NCBI GenBank assembly: GCA_951406725.2
Contig: OX597815.1
Span: 68,820,001-68,884,000, forward strand
DNA from: Octopus vulgaris
Lineage: Eukaryota
Direction: 5' to 3'
Length of the DNA stretch: 64,000 nucleotides
The translations under genes were made by a program, and so were the position numbers. Every line of letters begins with the position of its first letter. Within the stretch, counting starts at the first letter, position 1. The notes beneath the pieces are model-generated. The model made no database searches, was not told where the DNA came from, and worked only from the letters and a program-made list of their open reading frames with translations. Shown here piece by piece: positions 40,090 through 53,074 of this stretch.

Positions 40090-40565
40090 CAGGGCGCGGT
40101 GAATATATTGTCTGAATTATGCAAAAAGGAAAATAATACTGACATCTCATTTTAACAGATATATTTACCAAAATTACATAAAAATATCTTGAAATACTAA
40201 AGAGTAAATTTATTCAATAAAATCGTCATTAGCTTCAACCACGGCTTCTAGACAACTTTGTAATCTCCTGCAATTCTTCTGGACGGTCTCCTTGTTTAAG
40301 GTGGTGAATGGTGCCATAATCTTTGCCTTCGGTTCATCTTTGGTGTTACAAGGAGTTTTGTTAGTCTCTCACTCAACTGCACCCCACACATAATAATCAA
40401 GGAGATTCCAGTCTGGGGAGTTAGGTGGCCAGATGTTAGGGATGATGTGGTCACAGAAATTGTCTGACAGCTATGACTGGGTTCTCCTGCTTGTGTGACA
40501 TGGTGCAGAGCCCTGTTGCCAGACATAGGGTCTTCCAGCAGCTACCCTCTTGATCTAAGGCAGCA
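40090..40565 (-). mobile_element. Tc1/mariner superfamily maT (DD37D) 3' fragment
   Basis: Minus strand QQ(G)[42 protein letters not shown] has 37 residues between the mutated second D position and the final D. Probable terminus CAGGGCGCGG at 40090. Confidence 0.8.
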
Positions 40566-40589
40566 CTATCTCCTCCAGGCACATGATGT

Positions 40590-40915
<326 letters not shown>

Positions 40916-41402
40916 TGTAAAAGCAAAAGTACTGGTTGGTGATAGGAAGGGTGTTTAACCATAAACAAAGAAAAAAAATATCCTAGACAGCAGAGTTGGC
41001 CATTTTGTTTTTCTGTGTTACAATATGTGCTAGATGTTAAAGGACTGTGCTGAGACTATAACAATAGTTGTACATGTGTGGAAAAACCCAGTGTAATATA
41101 TATGATAATGATATAACATTTCAAAATATGTTACAAAGGAAATAGAATTTCTTAGTCATGGTCTTGTGGCAGAGATAGGACACAAGTTATCAAAATTTCA
41201 GCTGTAAACACACACACACACATCAAATTCTATGTAAAAGCAATTTAACATTCAACAATTACGTAATACTTTTTAGTGGAGTACATATTTATTAAACCCA
41301 TACAAGGAAAAGGTTAATAGTCACTAAGGTGAGTGAGTCAAAACTTCGAAGTCACTATCAACCTTTCCTTTGGAAAAGTCAATATATATATGTATGTGTG
41401 TG

Positions 41403-41445
<43 letters not shown>

Positions 41446-43973
41446 GTATGTATACATATCATGCATTCATGATCAGATATGACTACATCAGTGCAGTATT
41501 TTCTGTGTCTGGATGCTCTTCTTGATGCCAACCTCCACTCATTTCCAAGCAAAGTAATGATTTCTCAGTCTCTGAACAAATAGACAAGGTTATGCAGAGA
41601 ACTAGAAATAAATGACTCTGAATGAGTCTTTTCTTTTACAATCAGTAAACATACATGGAGACTAAGGGACATATGAACTCACTCATAACAAAAAGACACA
41701 CACACACACACACATGTATATCTGTGTGTGTTGTATGTATATATAAATATCATTATCATCATCATCTTGTAAAGTTTGTTTTCCATGCTGGCATGGGTTA
41801 AATGGCTTGAACAGAGCTGGCAAGTTCCAGTCTGATTTGGTTCGTTTCTATGGCTGGATGCCCTTCCTAACAGCAACCACTTTACAGTGTGTGCAGAGTG
41901 CTTTTAATATGGCACCAAATTTGCTCATGAAGTATAGGTTGGACTGGACACCTCCTGTGCAGCTAACCATCTCCCTTTCTCTCCCCTGTTATTACTGATG
42001 TCTACTCTTTTATGTTGCTATTACTGTCTGTCTCTTTACATCCTGCCATTACTGTTGCTTTTGTATTTCTCCTTTTCATAGTGTTTTTTCCATTTCTCCC
42101 TCTTTTTTCTCTTGGAGTCCCTCATCATATTATTGCTTCTTTCCCCTTCTGATTCTAGCTCATTGTCTGCCATCACACTCCCTGTTATTCATCTTCTTGA
42201 ACATGTTATCCTGAATAAATGGAGTCAGTGTAGAATATTGAGGGCTCTTTAGTCTTGCAGAGCACCACAGCAATCTTACTTTTACTGATGCCATCATAAA
42301 ACAAAGAAAGAAAGCAATGAAATGAAAAAGTGAGATAACAAGTAATGGAATATATTTGAAGAAAAATATTAACTTTCAAAATCTTCTGGAACTCATTTTT
42401 CATGTACAAAGCTATACATAACAAGAAACAATCAGAACATGCCAAAGAATAAAAGGATAAATAATGGGGGAAAACATAAAAAGTGAAAATGAAAGCAAAG
42501 GGTGTCAAATTTCTTGTTGAAAATTTTCTATAATGGATGTTTTGGTCCCTTTTCTCTTATACTTTACCTCTCTGTACTCTTTATTCTCCTAGTATAAAGT
42601 TGCCCCTTCAGGGTTTGTAGTTGTGCAAGGTACATGGTAATCTCAATAATTCTGGTTTCATGAAAGATGCAACCAGTACATGCTGCATGGTGGGTGATGT
42701 TAGGAAGGGCATCCAGCTGTAGAAACCTTGCCAAAACTGATAATGGAGCATGATGCAACCCTTGGGCCCATCAGATCCCAACATTAAATGATGATTATAA
42801 TGATTATGATGATGATATTTTGCTTTATGCAAACAGTTATAAAGAAAATCATTTCTTGAATTCAAGCTGTTCCTGATTTGTGATAACATTAAAAGCTTTT
42901 CTTTGAAGCAAGAATGAAACTGAGTTTCTTTCTACTGTCACTGTTCTTGAAGGTAGGTGCAAAAGCAAAAATACCTGTTGGTGATAGGAAGAGTATTTAA
43001 CCATAAACAAACAAACAAAAAATATCTTACACAGCAAAGTTGGCCATTTTGTTTTTCTGTGTTACATGTGCTAGATGCTAAAGGACTGGGGTGAGACTGT
43101 AACAATAGTTGAACATCCGCTTGTATGGAAAAACACAATGTAATATAGCATTTCAAAATATGATACATATATATGCATATATTCATGTATTATACTGAGA
43201 AAAAAACTGTTGTTTTAAATATTTACCAGCATGTCACTTGTTTTTGTTCTATTTTTACATTTATGGAATTTATGTTCCTTTCAGATTTCATTTATAGATT
43301 GCTTTAATTACAACTATTTATTGGTTCAACTGGTATTTACACCAACACTTCTGTTTATTGGATGAAGTGGTAATTGTCTTAACACCATTTTTGACAACAT
43401 TATATATAAATAATAGAGAAAAGGAGAGGAAGAGAGCTATAGTGGGAGGGAGGGATATGTTTTTGATCTCATTCTAAAATTAGTGATGCACAAGATTGTC
43501 TTGTTATAGCTTTAATACATGAAAATGTGTTTAGTCATTCTCTGGCTAGTATAAAATAATTAATTGATTGGACAAGTCCCAGAAACAGTTTACTTGTGCA
43601 AGAGCTGTCAATTGGAAGCTCTGCATACAAGCAGGGCTGATTTAAAGCCAATTTGACAGATTTGTTCAAATTGGGCCCTGCATCAAGAGATGGCCCCATG
43701 CACACAATTGAGTGAAGGACTATGATTTTTTTTTAGTACATCATTGTGGTTAATAGTGGAGCCTCAAGCCCTCAAGGCTTTTTGGTTGGAATTGGTGTAC
43801 TACATGAAGCATAAAACACCAATCTTCAGCTTTTGTATAAATATGTAATATATAAATTATAGACATAAACCAAATCATAAATTTATTTATGATTTGGTTT
43901 ATGTCTATCATTGTTTGAATTGCATAATAGTGGTTTTTCTCTAATTTATATATTATATATATATATATATATA

Positions 43974-45496
43974 TTTGTATATAAAACAGAGTTTGTGTGT
44001 GTGTCTGTGTGTGATGTGTATGTTCCTAATTGATTTCAAAATGAGTTGCTGATTTTGACATATAAGGTATCAAAAGATTCAGAATCTTTCGGCTACCAAA
44101 TGAAGTATGTTTTTTGCACAACTCTTTTTTACTACAAAAATAACCTCGAAAATGAGGTCAGGTTGCAGAGGTCATTTTGGGCAATATTTGGATTTGCTTC
44201 TAATCTACATTGCCAATTTTAATATTTTTGGTGTCAAAAAAAATGCAGCAATGTACAAGGAGTGTTTTGAGTGCACTTGTGATGCACAAAACCCTGTTTG
44301 TCAATGGAAAATGACCAAAAACATGCGTTTTTGGAACAATTATTGGCACATTTTTCTATCAATAATGGCCTTTGAAGGGCAGCAAGCTGGCAGAAACATT
44401 AGTATGTTGGGTGAAATGCTTAGCAGTATTTTGTCTGTCTTTATGTTCTGAGTTCAAATTCTGCCGAGATCAACTTTGCCTTTCATCCTTTCAGGGTCAA
44501 TAAATTAAGTACCTGTTGCATACTGGGGTTGATCAGATCGACTGGCCCCTCCCCCAAAATTTCAGGTCTTGTACCTAGAGTAGAAAAGAATAATGGCCTT
44601 TGTGCCACAGCTAAACTGCCAATGTGAATGTCTTCAGTATTCCATGATTAAACAATGTCTTTGAAGTATTGCACAAAGTATTGCACAAATTTTAACAGAA
44701 AATTGACTAATGAACTGTGTTTCTGGCATAAAATTGATTGCTTCTGGCATTACTACCAAAAACAATTTGTCCATGTAGATTTTCTTGATAGCAAATGACT
44801 CAGGAATGCCAAACAAGCATTTTCAGGTTTAAATTCAATAAAATTTCCTCAGAGATTAAGCACAGTAAGAACCTATATTTGTTCAAGTGTGGTAAAGACA
44901 TGAAGCAATGACTAAAACCTTTCAAGCTTTTTTGCCTTTAACATTTTTTTCTTTAGTCAACCCAATTTATGCCAAGTTGCTTACTGTTATTTGTATATAT
45001 TCATACCTATTATTCATTCCATAAGCCACAAAGTTTGTAAGGATTTTGCTACAGTCTCCCTAATTTTCACAGTGGTTGAGTGTGTACTATAACGTGGGTG
45101 GTGAAATGGCAAACAAAATGTCTGATGTGATAACTTCAGTGAAGACAACAACAATATCATACATCTATGTGAGGACAAATTAAGGTCAGATACACATGTG
45201 AGTCTGCCCACATGTCCCTTCATTGGTCAAGATGCACACCATGTTCACTGATTGGTACAATATCAAATCAATTTTTCCTTATCAGACATGTACTGCAATA
45301 CCAGTTGGTTGTGGTGTTATTGTTTTCAGTGACCTGGGCAATATCAGAGTGCATTGTGTGTGGTGTGTACATTCCGCTTGAACTCGAAAACTGAGTATAT
45401 CATCATCATCATTTAGCGTCCGCTTTCCATGCTAGCATGGGTTGACAATGTGGCTGTAGGTCATAACACCTGGGCAACGCCAAGGTGCATTGCTAG
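43974..45496 (+). mobile_element. Decayed non-autonomous Helitron with nested SINEs
   Basis: Start (T)TTGTATATAAAACAGAGTTTGTGTGT after (TA)n. End hairpin CACCTGGGCAACGCCAAGGTG then CTAG (45493-45496) and T. Confidence 0.55.
44375..44588 (+). mobile_element. SINE family B with perfect 14-bp TSD
   Basis: AATAATGGCCTTTG at 44361-44374 and 44589-44602 flanks a full copy. Confidence 0.9.
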
Positions 45497-45502
45497 TGTG
45501 TA

Positions 45503-45569
<67 letters not shown>

Positions 45570-46679
45570 GAGATGACAAAGGAATAAATGATTATTTTAT
45601 GTACTTCGCAATATCTAAGTGATCATCATCATCATCGTTTAACATCCGCTTTCCATGCTAGCATGGGTTGGATAATTTGACTGAATTCTTGCAAACCAGA
45701 TGGCTGCACCAGACACCAATCTCATCTGGCAGAGTTTCTACAGCTGGATGCCAACCACTCTGAGAGTGTAGTGGGTGCTTTTACGTGCCACTGGCACGAG
45801 GGCCAGTCAGGCAGTACTGGCAATGGCTACGCTCAAATGGTGCTTTTTATGTGCCACCTATACAGGAGCCAGTCCAGCGGCACTGGCAACGACCTCGCTT
45901 GAATGTTTTTTCACATGCCACCAGCACAAGTGCTAGTAAGGTGACGCAGGTATATATATATATATATATATATACATATATATATACATACATATGTACA
46001 TCCCCCTCACACATCTACCTACATGCATAAAGAAGTATATATGTTTGCAAACATATTCATATATACCCTCATATACATACTTACACACACACATACATAT
46101 ATTTGTATACACATAAGTATATATACAAACAGAAAAACATATATACATACACACTCTCACATAGCATCTATACAAGTAACACAACATCTATACACTCACA
46201 CACACACACACATGCAAACATACAAAATATATGTAGATACAAAAGCAAATACACACCATGTGCTTATACACCCAGCAGCCATACAGTAATTTTTTGGAAT
46301 TTGGTGTAAGTAGAGTATCTAGCAGACTTTTCTGAGACAATATCTTGTCTAAAGCACTAATTACATTGTCGGAGAACAAGATGAAGAAGAAGAAACACAA
46401 AGCTGCTTTTATACAACTACAAGAACTCATCTACCATTTATTTCTTGTCATCTACCATCCTACACATATGCTTTTTTTTTCCTATTGTTTAATAATTTCT
46501 GGAAAATTGCCATTTTCCTTCATCTATGTTGCAGAGACTAAACATTTTGGTACTGAAGTTATTCCTTGTAACTTGATTTCACTTTCTTTCTCTTACAGAT
46601 ATTTATTCCATTTCATATCTTATCTTTTTTCTTTTTTTTCTTCAATTCTCATTTACTAATACTGTCATGTTCACCAAGT

Positions 46680-46900
46680 ACTCCTCTTCCTGCTCCTCCT
46701 CTTCCTTCACCTGCTCTTCTTCTTCCTGCTCCTCCTCTTCCTTCACCTGCTCTTCTTCTTCCTCCCCTCCTGCTCGTCTTTCTCCCCTCCTGCTTGTCTT
46801 TCTCCCCTCCTGCTTGTCTTCCTCCCCCTCCTGCTTGTCTTCCCCCCCTGCTCTTCTTCTTCCTCCTCCGCCTCCTCCTCCTCATTATCATCATCATCTT
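46680..46900. repeat. Polypyrimidine low-complexity tract (CCT/CTT, CCTGCT units)
   Basis: Reiterated CTCCTCTTCC / CCTGCTTGTCTT units. A similar CT-rich tract lies at ~61608-62130. Confidence 0.85.
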
Positions 46901-47627
46901 TACTGTCACTGTCATCATCAACCAAATCTGTTGCCAACTTTCTTTAATAAATTATTGAAGAATTCATGCTATCTTGTATTTTCTGATTTCATCTTTACTT
47001 CAATAACCATCAAAAGAAACCAGGAGCAGAGCTTCTCATTGGAACAGCCAAATCTCCCTCAACAACCTCTCCTTCCACATTAGAGAGAATATATGTTTCA
47101 GGAACCACATCTTGGGACATCACATTCCACAATAAAAATGAACCAGTAATGGTTAGAGATAGCAGTTGAATACTTTGTTTAGTCATCTAAATCCATTAAA
47201 GAGAGTGTATGTTTCAAATACAGGACTGGCTAGAAATAGCAGTTAATAGCAGTCATTGGTCTATAGTGGAGGATTCAGCATTCACCAGAATGTTGCGATC
47301 CACTGGAATGTTGCTCACATGATTGGTGAATCTGACCAATTGTGACTTTGCCTGGAAAGAATACTGCCCATGGGATCTAGCCAGGCCAATCATGACTTCA
47401 TGTGGAATGGGGCTACAGTGCCTGATATCAACTTTGGTGCCTTCTTTTCTGAGCCTATCAATTGGTATAGAATCAACATACTTGACTGCCATACACAGAG
47501 AGCACAGGATGTTGTAGAGATGACTGACAGATGACACAGTGAACAGACATAGGCAGCAGCTGAATCTAGCTAATATCTTCCTGACTGAACTATCCATAGT
47601 AATACAATGACTAGTAGTAACTTTTCT

Positions 47628-47880
47628 ATGCTATTTCTAATACAATAACATCTAAACTCTCTCAACATCCATTGTAATACTATTCCAATAACATCTGGGC
47701 TCTCTCAACATTCATTGTAATACTATTTCAATAACATCTGGGCTCTCTCAACATTCATTGTAATACTATTCCAATAACATCTGGGCTCTCTCAACATTCA
47801 TTGTAATACTATTTCAATAACATCTGGGCTCTCTCAACATTTGTTGTAATACTATTTCAATAACATCCAAATTTTCTCAG
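47628..47880. repeat. 43-bp minisatellite, ~5.5 copies
   Basis: AATAACATC at 47644, 47687, 47730, 47773, 47816 and 47859 (exact 43-bp period). Confidence 0.95.
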
Positions 47881-48619
47881 CAAGAAATAAAGTTTGTTGA
47901 TAAAAACTCAAACAGATTTCATCATTTTCATCTATGTACAACTGTTGACTTCTGGTGCTAGAAATAACAACCAGCACCCAACAGCTAACGGTCTGCTCCC
48001 GACTGTGGCAGTCAGATACAGCTCCTAGCAGTTAGCTAATAAGCTCAATCACCTGTGGTCTCAACATATTACAGCCATAGGTCTTTTTGAGTAAAATATA
48101 AAAATATGTATCTCCTAAGCCCTGAACAGCTTTTTAAGGCCTGTTGTTTTCTTTCCATTATATAATGTAAAGTAAATGGGAGTCAAGTCTTTTTCAGCGT
48201 AGCAATTCAGCTCAGTTGTTGGCAATTGACCAAATATCTGGCACTAATTACCTATAAGGGAAATGATGTGCATATAGATGGCATATAATGCTCAACACTT
48301 GTGCTTTGATGCATTCACATGCTCCAGTATGATATATAATATACCCAAAATTTCACTTTTGTCTTTTACTGATTCAGTCATTGGACTGTAGCCATGCTGG
48401 GGCACCACCTTGAAGGGTTTAGTTGAACAAATCAACCTCAGTACTTGTTTGTAAGTTTGGTACTTATTCTATAAGTCTCTTTTGCTAAACTGCTTAGTTA
48501 TGGGGATGGAAACAAACCAAAACCAGCTGTCAAGTGGTGGTAGGGGACAAATACAGACATATATATATAATCCCACCCATGCTAACATGGAAGGTGGATG
48601 TTAAACGGTGATGATGATG

Positions 48620-48650
<31 letters not shown>

Positions 48651-49892
48651 CACACACCTTCACACACACACACACACACACACACACATAATGGGCTTGT
48701 TTTCAGTTTCTGTCTATCAAATACACTCACAAGGCTTGGGTTGACCTGGGCTATAGTAGAAGATACTTTCCCTAGGTACCATGCAGTCAGAGTGAACCCA
48801 AGACTTCATGGTTGGGAAGCAAGCTTCTTAACCACACAGCCATGCCTGTGCCTGTGTAAGGCTGTTATTGCGTGGATGCAGAGTGACATGAAACTGGTAT
48901 CTCCTACTTCAGTGTTTTACGTAGATGAGAAATAAATCTCCCCTTGCTTACACTGTCAGTTTCTTACATATCTGTTCTATGTTCTCAACAGGTAGATGAA
49001 CTGAAATGTAAACAATCTTATTTATGTTTAGAATGTAAATATAGAAGCATTGAGAAATATGTAAATAAATCTTCTATAAATGATGTATCTCAAATGTCAA
49101 TCCAGCTATGAATAATAATTTGTAAAACATAAGGTTAAAAACCCCTTGGTTGAAAAGAGGGTGAAAAGCTACACATGAGATTCAAACCATGCATCCAATT
49201 TGGTTGTAATGCTATCACAATTATCTGGGTTATGTATGCTTCAAATCCTCTAAGTAGCTTTCTAGCTTTTTTTCCCCATTCTAAGGGGTTTCTAGCCCTA
49301 TGTATTATCAGTTATTAGTCATAGTTGGATTGGCAGTGCATGTACAACAAAGTGTAAGTGATTTGAGAGAAAAATTGGGTATATGAGACATCAGATTGTT
49401 GTGTGCAAGAGAGAATTGCGCTAGTATGGTCATGCGATGCAAATGGATGAGGGCAACTACATAAAGAAGTGCCAATCTTTAATTGTGGAGGAGACATGTA
49501 AAGTGGTTGGCATTAGGAAGGGCATCCAGTTGTAGAAACCATGTCAAAACAGATAAAATGGAGTCTGGCCAGCTTCTGTCAAACTGTCCAACTCATGCAA
49601 TATGGAGAACGGACATTAAATGATGATGATGATGATTATTTACATATTTCTCAACTCTTCTATATTTATATTTTAAATATAAACAACCTTGTTTTCTCAA
49701 CTGTAAGATTAAAGCATCTTATTTGAATGGATGAAAATCTGAACCACTTTAGTGTAATGGTATCACGACTACCTAGGTTTCAGTAGAGCTGTAGTTCGAA
49801 TCTTGAATCCTGCAAGTAGCTTTCTACCATTTTATTGCCATCCAAGAGGTTTCAAATCCTATGTATTATGAGTTATTATTTATAGCTGGGTT

Positions 49893-50097
49893 AAGGCAGC
49901 AATAGTTAGTACGCCGGGCAAAATGCTTACCAGTATTTCATCTGTCTTTACATTCTGAGTTCAAATTCTGCCAGGCTCAACTTTGCCTTTTATCCTTTCA
50001 GGGTTGATGAAATAAGTACCAGTTGAGCACTGGGGGCAATGTAATCAACTTACTCCCCTATCCCCAAATTTCAGGCCTTGTGCCTATAGTAGAAAGG
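49893..50097 (+). mobile_element. SINE family B (subfamily 1 tail) with 18-bp TSD
   Basis: ATTATTTATAGCTGGGTT (49875-49892) and ATTATTTGTAGCTGGGTT (50098-50115). Tail CCCCAAATTTCAGGCCTTGTGCCTATAGTAGAAAGG. Confidence 0.85.
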
Positions 50098-50334
50098 ATT
50101 ATTTGTAGCTGGGTTGGCATTTGAGAGACATTGTTTATGGAAGATTTATTTTCATATTTCTCAATGCTTCTGTTGTTACATTCTCAATATAAACAAACTT
50201 GCTTTCTCACTTGTCAGATTAAAGCCTCTAATTTGGATGGTTGTAAGCCAGAGAGTCACTATAAATGTAATGATGTCACGATTCTCTGGTTATTACAGTA
50301 GATGCAGTATTATGAGTTATTATTTATAGCTAGA

Positions 50335-50523
50335 GTAAGATGCTGGGCAAAATGCTTGGTGGCGTTTTGGCTGTCCTTATGTTCTGAGTTCGAATTCTGC
50401 CAGGGTCGACTTTGCCTTTCACCCTTTCAGGGTTGATAAAATAAGTACCAGTTGAAAACAAGAGTCAATAAAATCTACTTAGCACCCCCCGAAATTGCTG
50501 GCCTTGTGTAAAGATTTGAAACC
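50335..50523 (+). mobile_element. SINE family B (subfamily 2 tail) with 16-bp TSD
   Basis: ATTATTTATAGCTAGA at 50319-50334 and 50524-50539. Tail CCCCGAAATTGCTGGCCTTGTG..ATTTGAAACC. Confidence 0.85.
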
Positions 50524-51588
50524 ATTATTTATAGCTAGATTGGCATTTGAGATACATTGCTTGTAAAAGACTTATAAAGTGTTTGTATAATGTTCTACAA
50601 TACTATATACCACAGTGTATACCAGTTTCCTTTCTATTACAACACAGTTATTTAGTTAATATATTATCAACATTGTTGTTTATTAGATGGTATAATATTC
50701 TCAACCAACCAATATACTAAAGGAGGGTAATAAATATTTTAGTGTGGTAGGTTTGGACTAACTAGAATCAACATAGGTGGGAAGAAATTTGGAAGCTGAC
50801 CTGACCTTTGTGCGATTAGTAAAGCTGGAAAGTTATTTTGGTTTGTAGAAGTCAGAATGTATAGGTTTTGTCAGTCAGTAACTGCTGTCAGATATTAGTG
50901 AAGACAAATTTAGATTGGAGACTGACATTGGCTGACCTTTGTGTGAGAGTGAACTGACAAAAGATTTGGATAGGGGAATCAGGACAGTTAAATTTTGTTC
51001 TAACCAAAGTCAGAAGAAATAAAATGTTTATTTTGGAGTGGATTTTTCACTTCTACAAGGCTGTGTGGTTAAGAAGCTCACTTTCCAGTCATTTAGTTTT
51101 AGGTTCAGTCTCACTGTGTGGCACAGCTTTGGGTTGACTAAAACCTTATGAATGGATTTGGTGGTAGATCGAAACTGAAAAAGCCCATCCTATATGTATG
51201 CACACATTGGGAAAATGTCTTTCTAACATAGCTTTGGTTTCACTAATGTCTTATAAGTGGATTTGATGGTAGATAGAAACTGAAAGAAGCCCATCATATA
51301 TGTACATGTGTGTGTGTGTGTGCATGTGCATGTGTCCTTGTCTTGACATAGTGAGATAGTTGTGTCACTGTCAAACAAGTGTCCAAGCAGTGTCCTTCAT
51401 TCCCAATGTCCAGTAAAGGGGAAATATTATCTTACTTGGACAGGAAGGACATCTGGGGCAAAAAATTTGCCTCAACCAATCAGTTTGACTCAGGCGAACA
51501 TGGAAAAGTGAACATTAACACAATGATGATGATAATGATGATGAAGTTCAAAATAACCTAAATGAAAATGGCTAAAACATAATCTTTA

Positions 51589-52150
51589 TCTCTATATATA
51601 TAAAAGAGAGTTTCTGTCTGTTTTTCCCACAAAACATAATTGAGACACCATCTCATTTATAATCATGGGTGTTTTGTCCACTTTCACACTTTAACTATGG
51701 TGATGATAATGATGATGGTGTGACCAGAGCTAAAGTGCCAACATTTTCAAAGAATCAATCTCTCTCTCTCTCTCTCTCAATCTGTCTTTATATTTGGCTG
51801 GAAATTGTCCTGTGGCAAGAATGGTCAGTGTTCAAGACAATGACAACCTCCACACCATATATATTTATTCATTTATTTATTGAAGGATGGTCTGTTTTGC
51901 ACAATTAAACAGTCAGTCTCTTTCTCTCTAATGACTGCCACAAGTAAAACTAAAAAGAAAAATTCTGAGGTTAATATGTCCAACTAAAAATTCTTCAAGG
52001 CAGTAGTTCCTCAGCATGGCCACAATTTATTAACTGGAACAAGTAAAAGGTGAAAAGAAAGAAAAGATAAAAGAAAATTATAAGAGTGAGTGTTTTGTCC
52101 ACTTTCACCAGCAGAGCGGAATTCTAAAGAAATGGGCCACTATTTTTTTA

Positions 52151-52183
<33 letters not shown>

Positions 52184-53074
52184 AAAAGAACACACACACA
52201 CACACACACACATGTATATTCATTCATGTTTCAGATATACCTATTTTTCTAACTTCTCCATTGAGATATAAATATACAAATTTCTTTCACATAAGCAGAG
52301 ACAATCTGAAAGTGAAGACATATGCACACAGACACAAATTCACAGCAAAATGAAAATCATCGACAAACCGACAAAAAGACAACCACACAATGCCTTGCCC
52401 TGCATTCCTGTAGTATAGTGTTGGAATTTCAGCAAAACACTGATACCATTCAGCATTTGTAAATTCATTTCACTATTACTTATTGATATTCACACATCAT
52501 TTGTACTTTCATTTCACTACAACTTACTGATTTCATATTCCCTTAAGCTATTCTTCTCTATGATATACCTATTTTCCTTGCATTACTGTAACATATCGTT
52601 CGAATTTCATTTTACTATTACTTACTGATATTTATTATTTATTCTCATAAAAAAAGACTTCACAAAATGAACACCAAACAAATGCACGATGTGCATCAGA
52701 AAATGACGATGGGATGCACACGGCTTGCAGATCAGCAACAGAGAAAGAAAGCTTAACATGCATCTGAAACTGAACATCAACGAAATGCATGACTTGCAAA
52801 TAGCAAACAAAGAATGGCAGCTTGATGTGTAGCAGAAAATGAAGATGAAAGGCATGCATGACTTGCAGCTGATCTTCGAAAAGTATCATATCGTATGCAA
52901 GAAACAACTCAAGAAGCTGCAAACAGACTTGCAGATAGCCAACAAACAATGATATTGATCTTCTAAAAATGCACACATACAGGAGAGTAAATTATACATA
53001 TAATAATACTTTCAATGTGGCTCCCGATAAACAGTAAAAGTAATTACCCAATCAATGACGGGTTTTACTGCTAG
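51589..53074 (+). mobile_element. Putative decayed Helitron (ends may belong to separate copies)
   Basis: A|TCTCTATATATATAAAAGAGAG start. Repeated RLAD/RLAN-type coiled-coil remnant at ~52700-52960. 3' ACCCAATCAATGACGGGT hairpin then CTAG (53071-53074) and T. Confidence 0.5.

Noticed and set aside
46649-47083. Arg/Gly-, Glu- or Ser-rich ORFs
   Set aside because: Translations of a polypurine/polypyrimidine repeat tract.
47253-47597. 114-aa minus ORF and 64-aa plus ORF in non-repetitive, moderately GC-rich DNA
   Set aside because: No recognisable domain or clean splice sites. It may be an old retroelement fragment, and a BLASTX search is needed to decide.
47628-47880. 43-bp repeats as a CRISPR array
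   Set aside because: Contiguous near-identical units without spacers, so a minisatellite.
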